Source: Octopus bimaculoides
Lineage: Eukaryota
Assembly: GCF_001194135.2 (NCBI RefSeq)
Contig: NC_068998.1
Location: 45,396,757-45,460,756, forward strand
Direction: 5' to 3'
DNA: 64,000 nt
The notes beneath the pieces are model-generated. The model saw only the letters and a program-made list of their open reading frames with translations. It searched no databases and was not told the origin of the DNA. Positions 36,465 to 51,128 of the stretch are shown piece by piece. The stretch's first letter is position 1; the number at the start of each line of letters is the position of its first letter. A program made the position numbers and the translations under genes.

Positions 36465-37337
36465 TATAAATATAAACATGTACACATGTGTTTTGAACTT
36501 TACTTCATCAACTCACTTGATGTTGAATCATCTTTCATCTTCTTTCAATCTTGACCCTACGAACTGCTGATCCATATAATGTGTATCATGCTTTCATTAA
36601 TAGTGGTTATGTGACTTCAAGACTAATTCTTACTTTAGAAGCTCTATGAGATAACTAGATCAGTTAATGTTTGATCTGTAGATTCTTAGCAGAAGTTCAT
36701 ATCATTTTTACCACAGTACACTTTTTCGTTGCTTTTTGTTTTTTTGTTCTAGAGAGCTTCTTTTCGCTGACATTTTAGATTTAGCATGATATTATTGATG
36801 AAAGACCTTTTTTGTGTTTGTGTTTGTATGAAAGAAGACCCTTCACCATATAAGTTGATGCCAATAAGTTTAAAGTTTTGCAATTGTTTCTAATGTTCTC
36901 AGCATTAGAACTTTTCAAGTCTCTCTTAGAATGAGAATAACAAATAGCACATGAACAAACTGTTTAGAGTTTTACTTACTTTGACCCTGTTCAGGCACCT
37001 TAGTATAGTTTTAATGAAATGTCATTTCAATTTATTTTGAAAAACAATCAAAAATTTGGAAAGATTTTGTAAATTACCTACTTCATTTTATCATTATTAG
37101 TATGGTATTCAGAACCTAACTTAAAAGATTGTTTGCTTAAATTTGTTTTATCATGTTAGCATGACTTAGATGGGAGGGAAGTGATCAATAATTTGAGAAA
37201 TATAGCATGATAAAATTTATTTAACCATTAGAAATTCTTATGTAACAACAATTGTTTTGCAACTTAAAACAAGCATAGATAATTTATTTTATTATATCTT
37301 ATAATAAGTAAATTATTTATACATCTACGTTAATATA

Positions 37338-37404
37338 AGCAATCTTTAAATTGATTCAGATATTAAGCTAGCAATCTTTAAATTGATTCAGATATTAAGC
37401 TAGC
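37338..37404 (+). repeat. Perfect 32-bp tandem duplication
   Basis: agcaatctttaaattgattcagatattaagct occurs twice (37338-37369, 37370-37401), followed by agc. Confidence 0.92.
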
Positions 37405-37620
37405 CAGCTCCATCCAAGGATTATTGTTATTTTTATTATATTTATCCTACATTATATCAGTACAGCTTGAGGCAACCCTGGAAAACTGGTTCACCAGCCA
37501 GCATCATTAGACTGTGGCCAGCATAAGAGTATAGGAGTCTTATTTGCATATTCAAAATGTTTCCCATGTACAAGCTTAAAAGATATATGTATGTATGTAT
37601 ATATATATGTATGTATATAT

Positions 37621-38606
37621 CATCATCATCGTTTAACGTCCGCTTTCCATGCTAGCATGGGTTGGACGATTTGACTGAGGACTGGTGAAACCAGATGGCA
37701 ACACCAGGCTCCAGTCTGATTTGGCAGAGTTTCTACAGCTGGATGCCCTTCCTAACGCCAACCACTCAGAGAGTGTAGTGGGTGCTTTTATGTGTTACCC
37801 ACACGAAAACGGCCACGCTCGAAATGGTGTCTTTTATGTGCCNNNNNNNNNNNNNNNNNNNNNNNNNNNNNNNNNNNNNNNNNNNNNNNNNNNNNNNNNN
37901 NNNNNNNNNNNNNNNNNNNNNNNNNNNNNNNNNNNNNNNNNNNNNNNNNNNNNNNNNNNNNNNNNNNNNNNNNNNNNNNNNNNNNNNNNNNNNNNNNNNN
38001 NNNNNNNNNNNNNNNNNNNNNNNNNNNNNNNNNNNNNNNNNNNNNNNNNNNNNNNNNNNNNNNNNNNNNNNNNNNNNNNNNNNNNNNNNNNNNNNNNNNN
38101 NNNNNNNNNNNNNNNNNNNNNNNNNNNNNNNNNNNNNNNNNNNNNNNNNNNNNNNNNNNNNNNNNNNNNNNNNNNNNNNNNNNNNNNNNNNNNNNNNNNN
38201 NNNNNNNNNNNNNNNNNNNNNNNNNNNNNNNNNNNNNNNNNNNNNNNNNNNNNNNNNNNNNNNNNNNNNNNNNNNNNNNNNNNNNNNNNNNNNNNNNNNN
38301 NNNNNNNNNNNNNNNNNNNNNNNNNNNNNNNNNNNNNNNNNNNNNNNNNNNNNNNNNNNTCCATTCTCACCACATGTCCATACCAGCGCAATCGTCTCTC
38401 TTGCACGCCACAACTGATGCTTCTAATGTTCAGCTTTTCTCTCAAGATACTTACACTCTGACGGGTATTCACATTGACATTACACATCCAACGGAGCATA
38501 CTGGCTTCATTCCTTGCGAGCTTACGTATGTCCTCAGCAGTTACAGCCCATGTTTCACTGCCATGTAGCATGGCTGTTCGTACGCATGCGTCATACAGTC
38601 TGCCTT
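37621..38606 (-). mobile_element. RTE-clade LINE, 5-prime truncated and relatively young, with an N-gap inside
   Basis: Reads KGRLYDACVRTAMLHGSETWAVTAEDIRKLARNEASMLRWMCNV..LREKLNIRSISCGVQERRLRWYGHVVRM (the RTE post-RT SETW..RRLRWYGHV motif) with no stops. The 3-prime tail is (GAT)n at 37621-37630. Both ends abut TA-rich microsatellite. Confidence 0.9.
37843..38359. other. Assembly gap (517 N) inside the RTE LINE
   Basis: Run of N. Confidence 1.
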
Positions 38607-38834
38607 TTATATATATATATATATATAAACTCTGCTTAGCTGAGAAGAGAATAATCCTAAAATATTCACATGATCTGGGTACCTTTGTGAACTCAAAAAG
38701 TAATTTTTTAGCAGGTGCCCTCATGATAGTAAATTCATTTGGAAAACATAATTTTGAATAGTAAAACTCCTTACATATCAGTATTCTAAACTTAACTGAG
38801 AAGAATATTCTTCTGGATTGGTAAACTCACCCTG

Positions 38835-38835
38835 C

Positions 38836-38888
<53 letters not shown>

Positions 38889-38903
38889 GTTATTATTGTT
38901 ATT

Positions 38904-38936
<33 letters not shown>
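38835..38936. repeat. (TTA)n-(TCA)n trinucleotide microsatellite
   Basis: Directly visible. It produces the spurious poly-L/poly-S ORF 38818-39156. Confidence 0.95.
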
Positions 38937-39536
38937 TCAGTTACATTGTCCATCTGTTTTCGGAACTTCTCTAATCATAAAACTTATTACTGGTTCCTTT
39001 CTTCATCTATTTATAGGTTCTGAATTTTTACTACACTATAACATTCCTTACTTCCCTTCAAACTTTCCTTTGAATTCACAAATTGTATTTACCCTTCCAC
39101 TGTATCAATCCAACATGATTACTTTATTATCATCACACAAAGTTGCTGAATTGTGACTCCTCCCCACCACTTCAGTCTCTTCAACTAACAAATAATCATT
39201 ATTAAACCAAAACATCACACATATACAAATGTCATTAAGAACAATTCTTTTACGCTTTCATGCTGTCAATAGAAACTTTCTTACACAGGACAGACGACAA
39301 CCCTATCATCTGCCACTCACAGCAGTCTGCTAGGACTACCAATTATATTGATTTCTCTCTCATGCATATGCAAGTGAGACAAAATGGGAGTGTATGACAT
39401 TCATGGATTTCTTATATGGTGTTGAACAGGAATCAAAACTGAGTCTCTAGACATTTATTTCAATTCTCAAGTAACCACAATCCATAAATATTTTTATATT
39501 TCTACTCATTCTTTCTCTCTCTCTCTCTTTGTCTCT

Positions 39537-39570
<34 letters not shown>

Positions 39571-39759
39571 AGACAATCACACGCACAAGCATTGCATTCA
39601 TAAAAATCTTGCAATAACATCAAGTTCTATAATGTGGAATACATTCTCTTTGACTTCCATATAATATGAAAGTCAATGGGGAAATTGGTTTAATTTTGCA
39701 GGAATGCACATTACAGTGAGATTTTCAGGGATCCAACATTTCCTCAATGAGAGGGATGC

Positions 39760-39798
<39 letters not shown>

Positions 39799-39835
39799 TC
39801 ATTGTTTAATGTCCAACTCCCATGCTTCACATGGG

Positions 39836-39927
<92 letters not shown>

Positions 39928-39972
39928 TACCAGAGCATGACAAAACCAAAGTTTAGAATGGTAGGAGGGAGG

Positions 39973-40006
<34 letters not shown>

Positions 40007-42254
40007 TATACATAGTGTGTGTGTGTGTGTGAAGTTTTACAGGGAAAAGGCTACTAGCTGCCATCAGGTGGATGATGGCTAATAAGCTGAAACTTTGAAG
40101 TTGCTGTTAACCTTTTGTTTGTTAAGGTTAATAAATATGTGCTTTTCTAAAAAGACATTGAGGGATTCTTCATTTGTTTTTGTAATTTCACAAAAAGTAA
40201 TCATTAAGAGAACACACACACACACACACAGCTGATGCACACATTTGGGTTTTTTGCCCAATATGTTCCAGTCAGGTCTAAACTTGCTCCCTCCCCCATT
40301 TCTGAGATCCTTTTATATTCCTATCGTTCATATCTCTACCATTATTCTACCTGTACTGCCTGTCACTCATCACTCCCTCTCACTTCTTATCATGGGTCAC
40401 TTCTGACACTCCCCATTGCTCTCTCTTGCCCTCTACTGTTCTCTTCTTTCAATTCCTCTGCTTCTACCATTATTTTCTTGCAACTATCACCCAACTATCC
40501 TCATTCTTCCTGTCATCTCCCCCTATTCTATTCCTCTTATCGAACATATTATCTTGAGCATAACAACATATGAAATAGTGTGATGACTCTTTAGTCTCAT
40601 AGGATACAAAGCAATCTCACTAGTTCTGGCACTATAATAAAATGCACCCAACATATTCTGTAAAGTGGCTGAGAAATGAAAGAAGACAACATAGAAATAA
40701 GAGGTCCCTTTGTTCCAATGAAGAACATGACAACCTCTCTTACGCTGATGCCTGGATTAAATGCACTCAATAGTCTCTATAATGTGATTGATAACGTGAG
40801 GATAATGTAGAGTCAAGAAAATTTTTTAGTCATGACAAAGACATGACAACTTTACAAGTATCGGTGCCATGTTAAAACACATCCAGTATATTTTGTAAAG
40901 TATCTGGTAACAAGACAGGCATCCAACATTAATCTCTGTCTTATGTAACCCACATCAATCACCATCTAACCTATTTTTGTCTTCAATAGCCTACACAAGA
41001 ATCCCTAAATGAGACTCGTTTACCCACATTCACTCATGTATCATAAAATATTTTGGTAGAAAGTGAGAAGCAATTTCTATTAAGAAAGTTTATGAATTTT
41101 GGTAAATCCTTATACAGTGGAGAGATAATATTATTGATGTTTTGAAAAAAGCTCTTCACGTCCATAACAAATCTGAAAACGTTTATAGAGGTATTAAGCA
41201 TATATAAGTTCTTGTAAATGATATTTTCTATAACACACTGCTACTAATTTCCTCAGATTCTGATTTGCCATCGCCATTTCTATCTTTAAATGTCTCTGTC
41301 CACTTTATTGTTCTCTGCAAACACGCAGCCCTAGTTAAAGTTAACGTCACTAGCATTAATAAATAGCTAAAGATTATCTGTAAACAATTTCTCCCATCAA
41401 ATATTCATAATCAATTATTTGTTTAAAATAAATCAAACAGCTGCATTCAGCAAGTTAAAGCAGTGTTAATTAAGCAAGCTACAAGCTTTCATTCTCTTGA
41501 AGCAAATATTATAATTGTTGGTGGTGATAGTTTTTGTTGATGTCATAATAAATTACATGCTATGAGTAGAGGGTTAGAAAATGTTTTGTTCCATAGTGAA
41601 GTGGTCAACATTGGAAGCAATTGATCACTTACTTTGATTTATACAATTCCATGCAAAACTGTTGGTTTGATTCTTCTTTTCCTTTCAAATAATTATTGTC
41701 TTGAGATTTATATTAATTACTTGACAGTAATCTTTTAGAAATAGCATTGCTTTAAGATTATTTTCAAAATATTTTATCTCTTAAGTCATTACAGAAAACA
41801 AGATTGGGTATTATTGAATATGTTGGCTGCAACCAGCTTATCAGGGAACTGAAATTGAAGAAAATAGTGTCATTCACTGATTTCTTTTCACTAAGCACCT
41901 ACTCCACCCCAACCATTTTGTTTTGGAAAGGGCAGTGTTAATTACTGGTGCCATTTACATAAACAACCAGGGGAGAATTCTGAACTCAGAAACTAAAAGG
42001 ACCCAACAAAATACTTTTGTCACACTGGTATGGCATATTGTCACCCATATCACAGTTTCTCTGGTGTGTTGTTTTTAGTTACTGTTTTGGATCTGTGACA
42101 ACATGGGTGTATATAAATTTCTAATGATTGCTGGTAGAGACTTAGGCAGTTAGAAATTGTGCTTCAGCGTGACAAATATACATAGCAATGATTAAGTCAG
42201 GCTGAAGGAGCAAAGAAGTGTTGGTTTGTCATACAAGAAGTCCTTTATACTAAT

Positions 42255-42450
42255 CATCATCATCATCATTATTTAACATCCATTTTCTATGCTGGCATGA
42301 GTTGAACCGCTTGACAGAAGTTGACCAGCTGAAAGGCTGCTCAGGCTCCATGTTTGTTTTAGCATGGTTTCTATGGTTAGATGCCCTTCCTAACACAGAC
42401 CACTTTACAAAGTGTACTGAATGCTTTTTATGCAGCCTTGCTTGTAGAGA
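42255..42450 (-). mobile_element. RTE 3-prime-tail-derived repeat (related copies near 5500, 25800, 28490, 39795, 49720, 50540, 56370)
   Basis: (CAT)n-atttaacatccattttctatgctggcatgagttg..gatgcccttcctaac matches the 3-prime UTR of the RTE at 37621-37842. Confidence 0.75.
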
Positions 42451-43929
42451 GAGGTGGGACTGTGTGTTCTCAAGTAGCTCTTAAAGCTCTGTGATTGTTC
42501 TTGGCAGGCTTTCACCTAAATACTAAGAAAAATGCAAGAAGTGGTCAAAGCCTTTTGATTAGGTTCATGACATGGCATGATATTGCTGCATGCTGATTGG
42601 CTGACAATCAGAACAGACTGCTTGACAAGAGCATGATCTCAGCATGGTACAAATCTGGTAACTAAATATTTGAGGTTCAATACTAGGTCTCATTGCATTA
42701 TATTTTTAGTAAGTGAAGTATTAACCAATCCTCATTTCCAATGATTATAATATCCCAAGATGATGAACTGAAGATTCTAGCATTGAATTATACACAGCAA
42801 TTCATAGAGCCAGTGTGAAACTATAGGCTTCTTTTGATATGTCACAAAGAACATATGCCTCAGCAGGTTGAGTGAAGAAAGATTAAACAATGCAATGTTC
42901 ATAACCTTCCAATGACCGCATAAATGAAATAGAATAGCTTCAATCCAGAATTGAAACCATATTGCAGAATTTACAGTAGTACTAGCGTAATTTTTTTTTA
43001 TAATTACAGCTATATGTTTTATATTTCTTAATAGTCTTCAAATGTCATTTGTTTTGTGTTTTTAACTTTTTTTAACTGTGCAACAAGGCTTTACTAATTT
43101 ATGGACTAATTCTGTGAGGTATTTAATTTTCTGTTTCTGATACATTGAGAGGAGTGAACTTGAAGTTATGTTTTGAAGCAACAGTCAGGCATATTAATCA
43201 TTCCTCGTTGATGCTACACTCAATGAATCAGCAAATGAGATTAGACTGAATAACTACATGCTAAAAGACAGACATACAACTAATTTACAACAGCTTGTAA
43301 AATGCGGTGTTCATTTTTAGAAATGAAATACTGCAACGAGTCATTTACATCATGTTTGCAGAGATAAGAACATCTGGAACATAGGTAACATTGTACTTCC
43401 TTATATTTTAAAGTAAATTAAAGATAGCTTTCTCTTAACTGTTGTATCTTCTAAATATATATATTTTACAAAAACTAGACTTGTTTTTGCACTGTCAAAA
43501 CCATTTCTTCAAATAAAGATTGAAAGCATTTTTCTAAGCTAAAATTTGAACTAAGAAGAGTATGCTTTAAAATAATCTTGATTGTACAAACATACACAGG
43601 CTTCTCACCCTACACACTTGAGGTACATCTTTTGCACTTTCCATTTGAGATCTTTCATATTCAACCAAAATCAAATCATCATTTCTATATGTTTGGTCCA
43701 ATTCCTCTTAATCTTCAGTAATCTTCTAAAATTTGCAGTACCTTTTCTCTATGAAATTGTTTAAGTGCAGTGAGCTTTATAATGATCTAAACATTTTAAA
43801 AGATTATTCAAAACAACACTTCAAATAAAGTCACTTTGCAGACATGTGTAAACAGTTTTATTCTTGAATAACTGACTCCATATTCACTTATGCGTGTTAT
43901 TAAGTCTTGCTATATCAGGAATTTTAACT

Positions 43930-44260
43930 GAGTGTTATGTCTGGAATTCTCAGTATATCAGGAACATGACCAGGTTAAGGGAGAACTACAATAACTATAA
44001 ATAGAGGATAAGAAAAAGTGGTGGCAGGATGGTTAAAGAAATGAAGCAGAAATGTGGAACAGAGGCTGTGCTAAAGTTTACAAAAAGGATGTTTCTCTTC
44101 ACTGTTATTTGAAACCATGTTGACTGAGTAAATAATCTATAGAATGTTAGCAGTGGCAGTAATGTCAATATATAACGTGGTGTAAGTACATCGTCATCAA
44201 TAGTTGAAGAATACAATAAATGAAGGACAAGAAGCACTCTAGAAATGAGAGAAAGAAGAA
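43930..44260 (+). mobile_element. Possible highly degraded LINE RT fragment
   Basis: KGCFSSLLFETMLTE resembles the QGC.LSP.LF motif. Nothing else aligns convincingly. Confidence 0.3.
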
Positions 44261-45906
44261 ACAAAACTAAATTCAATATATTGGAAATTCACAAATCATT
44301 GACTTTTAAGTAGAGAATAAAAGTGTTAGATCAGATTGTCTGTAATGACAATTAAATTTTTGAAATGTCCATTGTCAGGCTACTCAAATATAGATCAGCA
44401 ACAAGATTAATAATTGTATTTGTGACTTTGAGTCAAAATTAATGCTAACTAAGTAGTGTGATGTACTGTTTTCTAGTGTATAATAACTGACAGATGTCAA
44501 ATATGTGGCCACAGGCAAGGTGTCTGAAAAACCACTTGTATTCATGAGCTTTTTTTTTTTTTTCAGCAGTAATTTCTTTGTTATGTATAATACCTATAAT
44601 CTATTAAGTTAAATCTAGTATTTGTTAGGAAATGAAAAATAAAAACTGGATCATGTAAAATTTCAACACAGAAATATTAGATACTATTTAGAGTGGATGC
44701 AGGTTTATCAACATGTTTTAAGAGATTTACATCATAACTATGTGGTTTTACTTTTGATTGCACAGTGTGAAACATTGAGCAAGTGTCTTCTATCTTAACC
44801 TCAGGTCAATAAAAGAAAATTGTGTAGAGCGTCTTCTGGATTGTTTTTGCTATGAGGCTGTAGACTTAATTTGTTGCCTGGTTTAATACTGCAAGCTGGT
44901 CTATAGTTGCTCTTAACAGAGTACACTCTGTTCATGCATCCAGGTCAGGCCTCCCTTCCGAAGGTAATTTACTGCCACTAGTCACTTGTGAAAAAGGTTT
45001 CAAGCGATACCCTTATTTCTCAGACTCAGTCACAGAAGAAGAGTAAAACACAGTGTCTTACACTCTACACTTGGTCCCAACACCAATTCTTTATAGTTAT
45101 TTCTATTCATTTTGAATGGATCCAAAGTAAAGTTATGTTAGCAACAGATATTATAATCAACTCCAAGATATTACAGCTATTTATTGTATCCTCAAAATCT
45201 ATAAAATGCTCATGAGACTGAAGTATATCTGGACTGTCATGGTGTTTAGTGAACTGAGGATGTAAGACTCCCCACTGAATTTGACACTAGTTCATCACAG
45301 AAGTCGAGAAGGATTAGTCTAAATATAGAAAAATATTTAGTCTGCTGCCATATTCCTTCCTCTAATTATAATAATTACTTGAAAATACAGAACTTCAAAG
45401 CTCCAATTTGTCTTATCAAGCCACATTTGTCTTTAATAATATTATTTTCTGTTCAATAACAGTAAGCTGAGACAAAGATTTTAATATTTTCTGTTAACTT
45501 AGTAAAACTATTGTGCAAAATATCGTCACGTGTTACCAAAAAAAAAAAATGTTCATTTATTAAAATCTGAATAGTACTGCCATGTTGTTGTCACAAAGGT
45601 TTGGTGTTGTTGTAAAGGTTCATAAGAAGCAAAGACGCTTTATCCTCTGCAATTTATGCATTTAATTACGAATGTATCATTAAAAGTCTATCATCACTGT
45701 GTCTTTGATATAATGCAACTTACAAGGTTCTTCTTTCACTGCTTTTCTCTTTATCCTTCACTTTTACCTTCTCATGGTATATATTTCAGTTAATATGAAG
45801 ATAATATACAATGATCATGATGTGAGGCATGTATGACTTTTAGTTCTCTTAATTCAGTGAATGTTGGGAGTAAGATTATTCTACTAATCTCTCTCTCTCT
45901 CTCTCT

Positions 45907-45954
<48 letters not shown>

Positions 45955-48900
45955 TTGTTATTATTATTAACAAACTATAGAGTGTTTCAAGCTCTGTTTC
46001 TCTTTGTCAGTAACGCCAGTCGCTTTAACGAAGCAACCATAGCGATATTTTTCTCAACTGTTTTTTATCTAACTGCACATACAATGGATTCCTATTTCTC
46101 GTACATTTTTTTTAGGATCCTATCTTTCTATATGCACTGCTTGTAGCTGTAGCAATCTTTCTATAAATACATACACACACAAGTGCATATATCTGCATAC
46201 ATACATACTTTAATATATATGAATGCTTTGTTTAATCTATAACTTTTGAATATTATATTAGACGAACTATTTTGCAACTTTTTTTTAATTATAATGCTTA
46301 TCACAACATTGATGAAGCTTTTCAAATACGGCTTCAATTTTTATTGTGAAAATTTCTCATTCATTATTTTATATATTTGTTAAATTTATAAAACCGTGAG
46401 TTTTAGAAACAAATTGGACTTATAATTTGAAATGATAATAAATGTCATGTTTCAATTTCTATAGTTTATGTATTTTTACTTTTCTCTGAAACTAACGACT
46501 ACAGTTTTAATATATTTAATTACCAGCTCTTTTGTTTCAATATAAAATATTGTCAAAGTCTAGAAAGTTTGACCATCTCAGCTATAACGAAACTTAATTT
46601 AGGTTGGACATAAAGAAAAACAGTAAGCCTGAATGAAATAAGGTAATTCTACAAGTAAAATAAATCAAATATTTTTACTTTTAATTTTGACGATGACTAA
46701 GAGATGTTAGCAAATATATCATTCGTAATATTTCTCAAAAACGAAAAAAAAAAATACAAAAAAAATAAACCTTCTATGTGTCAGATTTTAATATTGTATA
46801 TATGAAATCTCCTGAGAATCATCTAATCACCATTTAATGGCCATAGATGAAATGTGAAATGCGTATTACATGTTATTTTCCCTTCTATTAATAAGATGAA
46901 ATATTTTTTATAAAAATAAAAAAATTGAAGTATGAAGAAAATCATTTTCTTTCTTTTTTTTTTTTCCAACTATCAGTTCTGATGCATGACTGACTATGTT
47001 CCTCTATTTTCAGTAGATTAAAAACTGATATAATTACTCAGTGAAAACATCTTTCACCAAACATTCAAATCCGTTGTGGATGTTGTATTTCTGCCTTATT
47101 CATCTTGCTATAAATATGCTTTCCAAGCTTCATATTCTAATATGCTGCTTCTTTTGTTTCTAGTCGTTACCTTGTTTTGTGCATGCTGAATAACTTTTGC
47201 ACTGATCACATATGAAACTAGTTAATTGAATTTTTACCTTTTTTTTTTTTTTTTGAGGACCTTTAAAAACACTGATAAAGGATTGGTTGCTGAGTAAAAT
47301 GTGGTATTTTGGGGGGGTTTTTTCGCTTTAGTATTTACATTTTCTTCTTCTTTTAGAGTAAAAATAATGACCATTTGAGAAATATAAAATACAGTTTCCT
47401 TTTACTCGTTTTTCTCTATCATGGTTTAACTCTTCCAACATAATATTATTTCAGAACTGTCGGTAAGGACACACTTCAATACATTGATTCATATTATGTT
47501 TTGTTTATAGAAAAATTAGGTTTGCTCTATACTATTACAAACATGAGATCAAACCATTATATTAGATAAATATAAATCATTTTTCATAGCTTCAGAGGTA
47601 AACAGAGGTTTATAAAATAAAAATAACATGATGTTGTTAAAAATGTATTATATACATTAGAAACAAAACAATATTGACTTTGTAATTTTCATTTACAAAT
47701 CAAGCTTATCTCATAACCTTTAGTTTTTTAGCTTTTTTTTCTCCTTTCTCACTTTGTAAGCTTAATAACAATGTTGACAGAAGCATTACTGTTTAAGAGC
47801 ATATTGGGAAAATGTTCAATCTATAATTTCCTTATATTTTAGCATTATCATATATATATACTTTAGTTTAGCATCATCCGGTAAAAATATTTGAGAGAGT
47901 ATTTTTTTTTTTTGTTCTATAAAGATTGGTGAGAAACAAAGTTACAGAACTTTTTTTAAAAATTATGAAAATTGACTTAGAGCAAAGACAGTAATAAAGT
48001 CAACAATTTCATAACAGTTTAAAGCCTTATCATCATGAATATTAAAGTTACGTACGTGTGTGTGTGTGTGTGTGTGTGTGGTGTTACTAACTGCATTGAC
48101 AAAACAAATGGAAATAGGTAAAAACAACAGGAGAGTTGCAAGAAAGATGTTTCAATATTTCCAAGTTTTGAGAACCTTCACTTCAGTGTTAGTGGTATAA
48201 TAAAAGTCATGACATGAAGAACCAGGCTCAGCATTTGGTAGTAAATTCCATGTTGAACCAACAAGCTATGCATTGGAGCCTATAAAGAAAAGCAGTTGCT
48301 GCTTTTTCAAGTTGAATTAGCACGAAAATAAAGCAGGTAAGCAGCAGGCTCTGTTTTATTGTACAGAAACTTGTGCAGACTGAAAATTGCTCATTAAGTG
48401 AATGCTGTGGATGTCTATATTGATTTAAACATTAACAGATAGCCATCAACATCTTACCATGCCCAAGGTGTCAGCAGGAAGTACACAACTCTTTGGTCTC
48501 CTGCACAACATGAGGTTTCTCCTCACAGTCCACCAATAACCCACACTGGTTTTAATAAGCTACCACAAATCTTTACCGTATTTTATAGTTGTCTGCACAT
48601 GGCTAGAGTGTGATTCACTGTGTACATGACGATTTCTGTAGTGGCAAAATGCAGTCCACTAGTGATCCATTTGAGTAAAAGAACAGCCAGCGGTAATACA
48701 CACACAATAAAACTATCTGATTTGTTTGGTATTTACTGCCACTGATTAGCCAATAATCCTTTCAAGTAAATGCAACAGCAGTGTTTAAGCAGTGGGCAAT
48801 ACATGCATAGTCACATACACAGTACAATAGTTTATATGTACTGTTCACTGTTAGTTCTTTCACTGATGTTTCATTTAAGTAAAAGCAATTAGGCGATCCT

Positions 48901-51128
48901 TAGAAAGGCACAAATAATGATTTTCGTAGGCTGCCACAGAGCTTTGCCTTCCCTTACAGTAATCTGGATTCAGCTAAAATATGAAAGCCAGCAGGAGCAT
49001 AACAATTCCCATGGTAGCAATACATAATGGATACATGAGGACATTGTAAAGCACTGGAGCCTTCAAAGAGCAATAGCTATCATTTTCCAAGCTAAATTAC
49101 CTAGGTCAAAGCAGTAGGTGGCAGCTTTCACCAGGCAGGGAAAAAATTTGTGCAGCTCAAAAACATAATTCCACCAAAGATTCATTCAATTATAAGTGAT
49201 TGTGATGTAATGATTAGGCAATGGATAATAACATATAGAAGAATAATAACACAATGGTTTTAGTTAGCTGCCAGTGATATTTTTCTCAAATCTCTCTCAA
49301 GATTGTTGTCATGTGGTGATGTTCTTTATGGCTTTTTTCTCAGTTTTATTAGAAACAATGAAAAAAATGGAGTAAAGATTATTTGCCAACATAACATGGC
49401 AGTCCTGGTTTAGGACAAATGTTGCTGTAATTTAGCCCTAGGAGACATCGTCTCCAGCTGGCTATACAACACAATCTGTGTCCTTATATTTTCAAGCAAG
49501 GGAATCTAGCACCCCCACTCAGCTCAAAACAATATCTGTGTATAGCGATTTTTTAAAAATTTGTAGTCATTTGTAGAATGACCATTCAACGCTGCTCTAT
49601 GTTCTATGCAATTCACCTCAAGTCAGCACCAAGTTCTCATTACAGTTTGTCCAGAGTTAAAGCAACCACATGTTGTATTCATCCTCAAACTATGCAGCTG
49701 ACACACAAAACCTTGCCAGATCAGATGGGTGCCTGATGCAGCCTCCTGGCTTGCCTGTCCTCAGTCAAACCATCCAGCCCATACCAGCATGGAAAGCAGG
49801 TGTTAAACGATGATGAGGAGGAGGATATATATACAGACATGCACACATCTGGAAATCAGAATATAGAAAAACAAGCACCACATTTAGTAGTCTCTGTTCT
49901 GTTGTTTATCCTTGACAGATTCTGTATAGCTTTGTTAACATTAAAGCTCATTGATAGTTTATTTTCATTAGTTTCTCTTACATAGCATTTACAAGGAATA
50001 ATCACAATAGAAATATGAAACTGTTTCATTCATTAAATCAAAAGTTGCGAAAATCTCTTTACTTTTTTTGATCATTTCACTTACAAGAGTGGCTTGGTGA
50101 TTGCAATATAGAGGATTTAGATATTGTATTACAATATTTGGGTCATGTCATTTAATTCAACCGTTTTATTCATTAGACTTATTAAAAGAATAGGACTAAA
50201 ATGTCATATTTAATCATTTGATATCTACACTTTGAATGGTAAATAACTCAATGTCTTAAAAGTAACCTGACATATGAAGCTTATTAAACAGGTAGAAATA
50301 AGACTTTATCTTACAAAGTTCACATCATAAGATATATTTTGATTAAGTAGAGGGTTATGCATTTGATGAACAACTAGATTTTTGTCAGGGGTGGGAGGAG
50401 TTAAAGTGTTGTAATTTCAAATGTAAATTTTCTTTAAATAACTTTACCAGCAGGGGAAATGATTTCATGCTCTGCAGCATGAGCTAGAATTTGAGCAGAT
50501 TTAGCAATCCATCTTGTCTTCTTTGAAATTAAGGTCTATGTTCTCAAAATGTTACTTTGATTGGAAAAAGTTGAGGGTTGGTGACAGGAAAGGCATTCAG
50601 CTGTAGAAAATCCTGCCTCAATAAACTCTGACCCATGGAAGCATGAAAAAGTAGATATTGAAATAATGATGCTGTCTATTAGAAGCGAAGAAAAATAGCC
50701 TTTCTTACATAGAAAGGCCCTTTTACCACACCCTCTTACTTCCTTAACAATCAGAATTTCATTTAGTCTCAGTTCCTTATTGAAAATAATGTTATCCAAG
50801 TGTTATTCTATGTGTCAATATAGGTGTAAGGTTATTTTTCCATTATTCCACCTTTATCAAATGAAAAGTCAGGTATTCTAACAATAATCCATCCCCTCAC
50901 TTAAGTGCTCCACAATTAAGGCAGCATCTGCACACTCATAAAATGTTAAATTCTACCTTAATGGTGACCTACTACACACAGATACATGTACAGATATTTA
51001 CTTGTATAGCACCTTTTCCTTTTGACATAAAGATATACTGAAATGTGCAAACTTTATGAAATACCTATCTATATATATACATACATACATATGTGCATAT
51101 ATATATACATACATATATATATATATAT

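Noticed and set aside
45985-46060. Acceptor-like tttgtcag followed by a CpG-rich patch
   Set aside because: The phase-0 frame starts with TAA and no credible donor follows. It could be regulatory, but there is no evidence.
48100-49200. Relatively GC-balanced, non-microsatellite block
   Set aside because: No ORF of 60 aa or more, no TIR or TSD and no recognisable motif by eye. It needs a repeat-library and conservation search.
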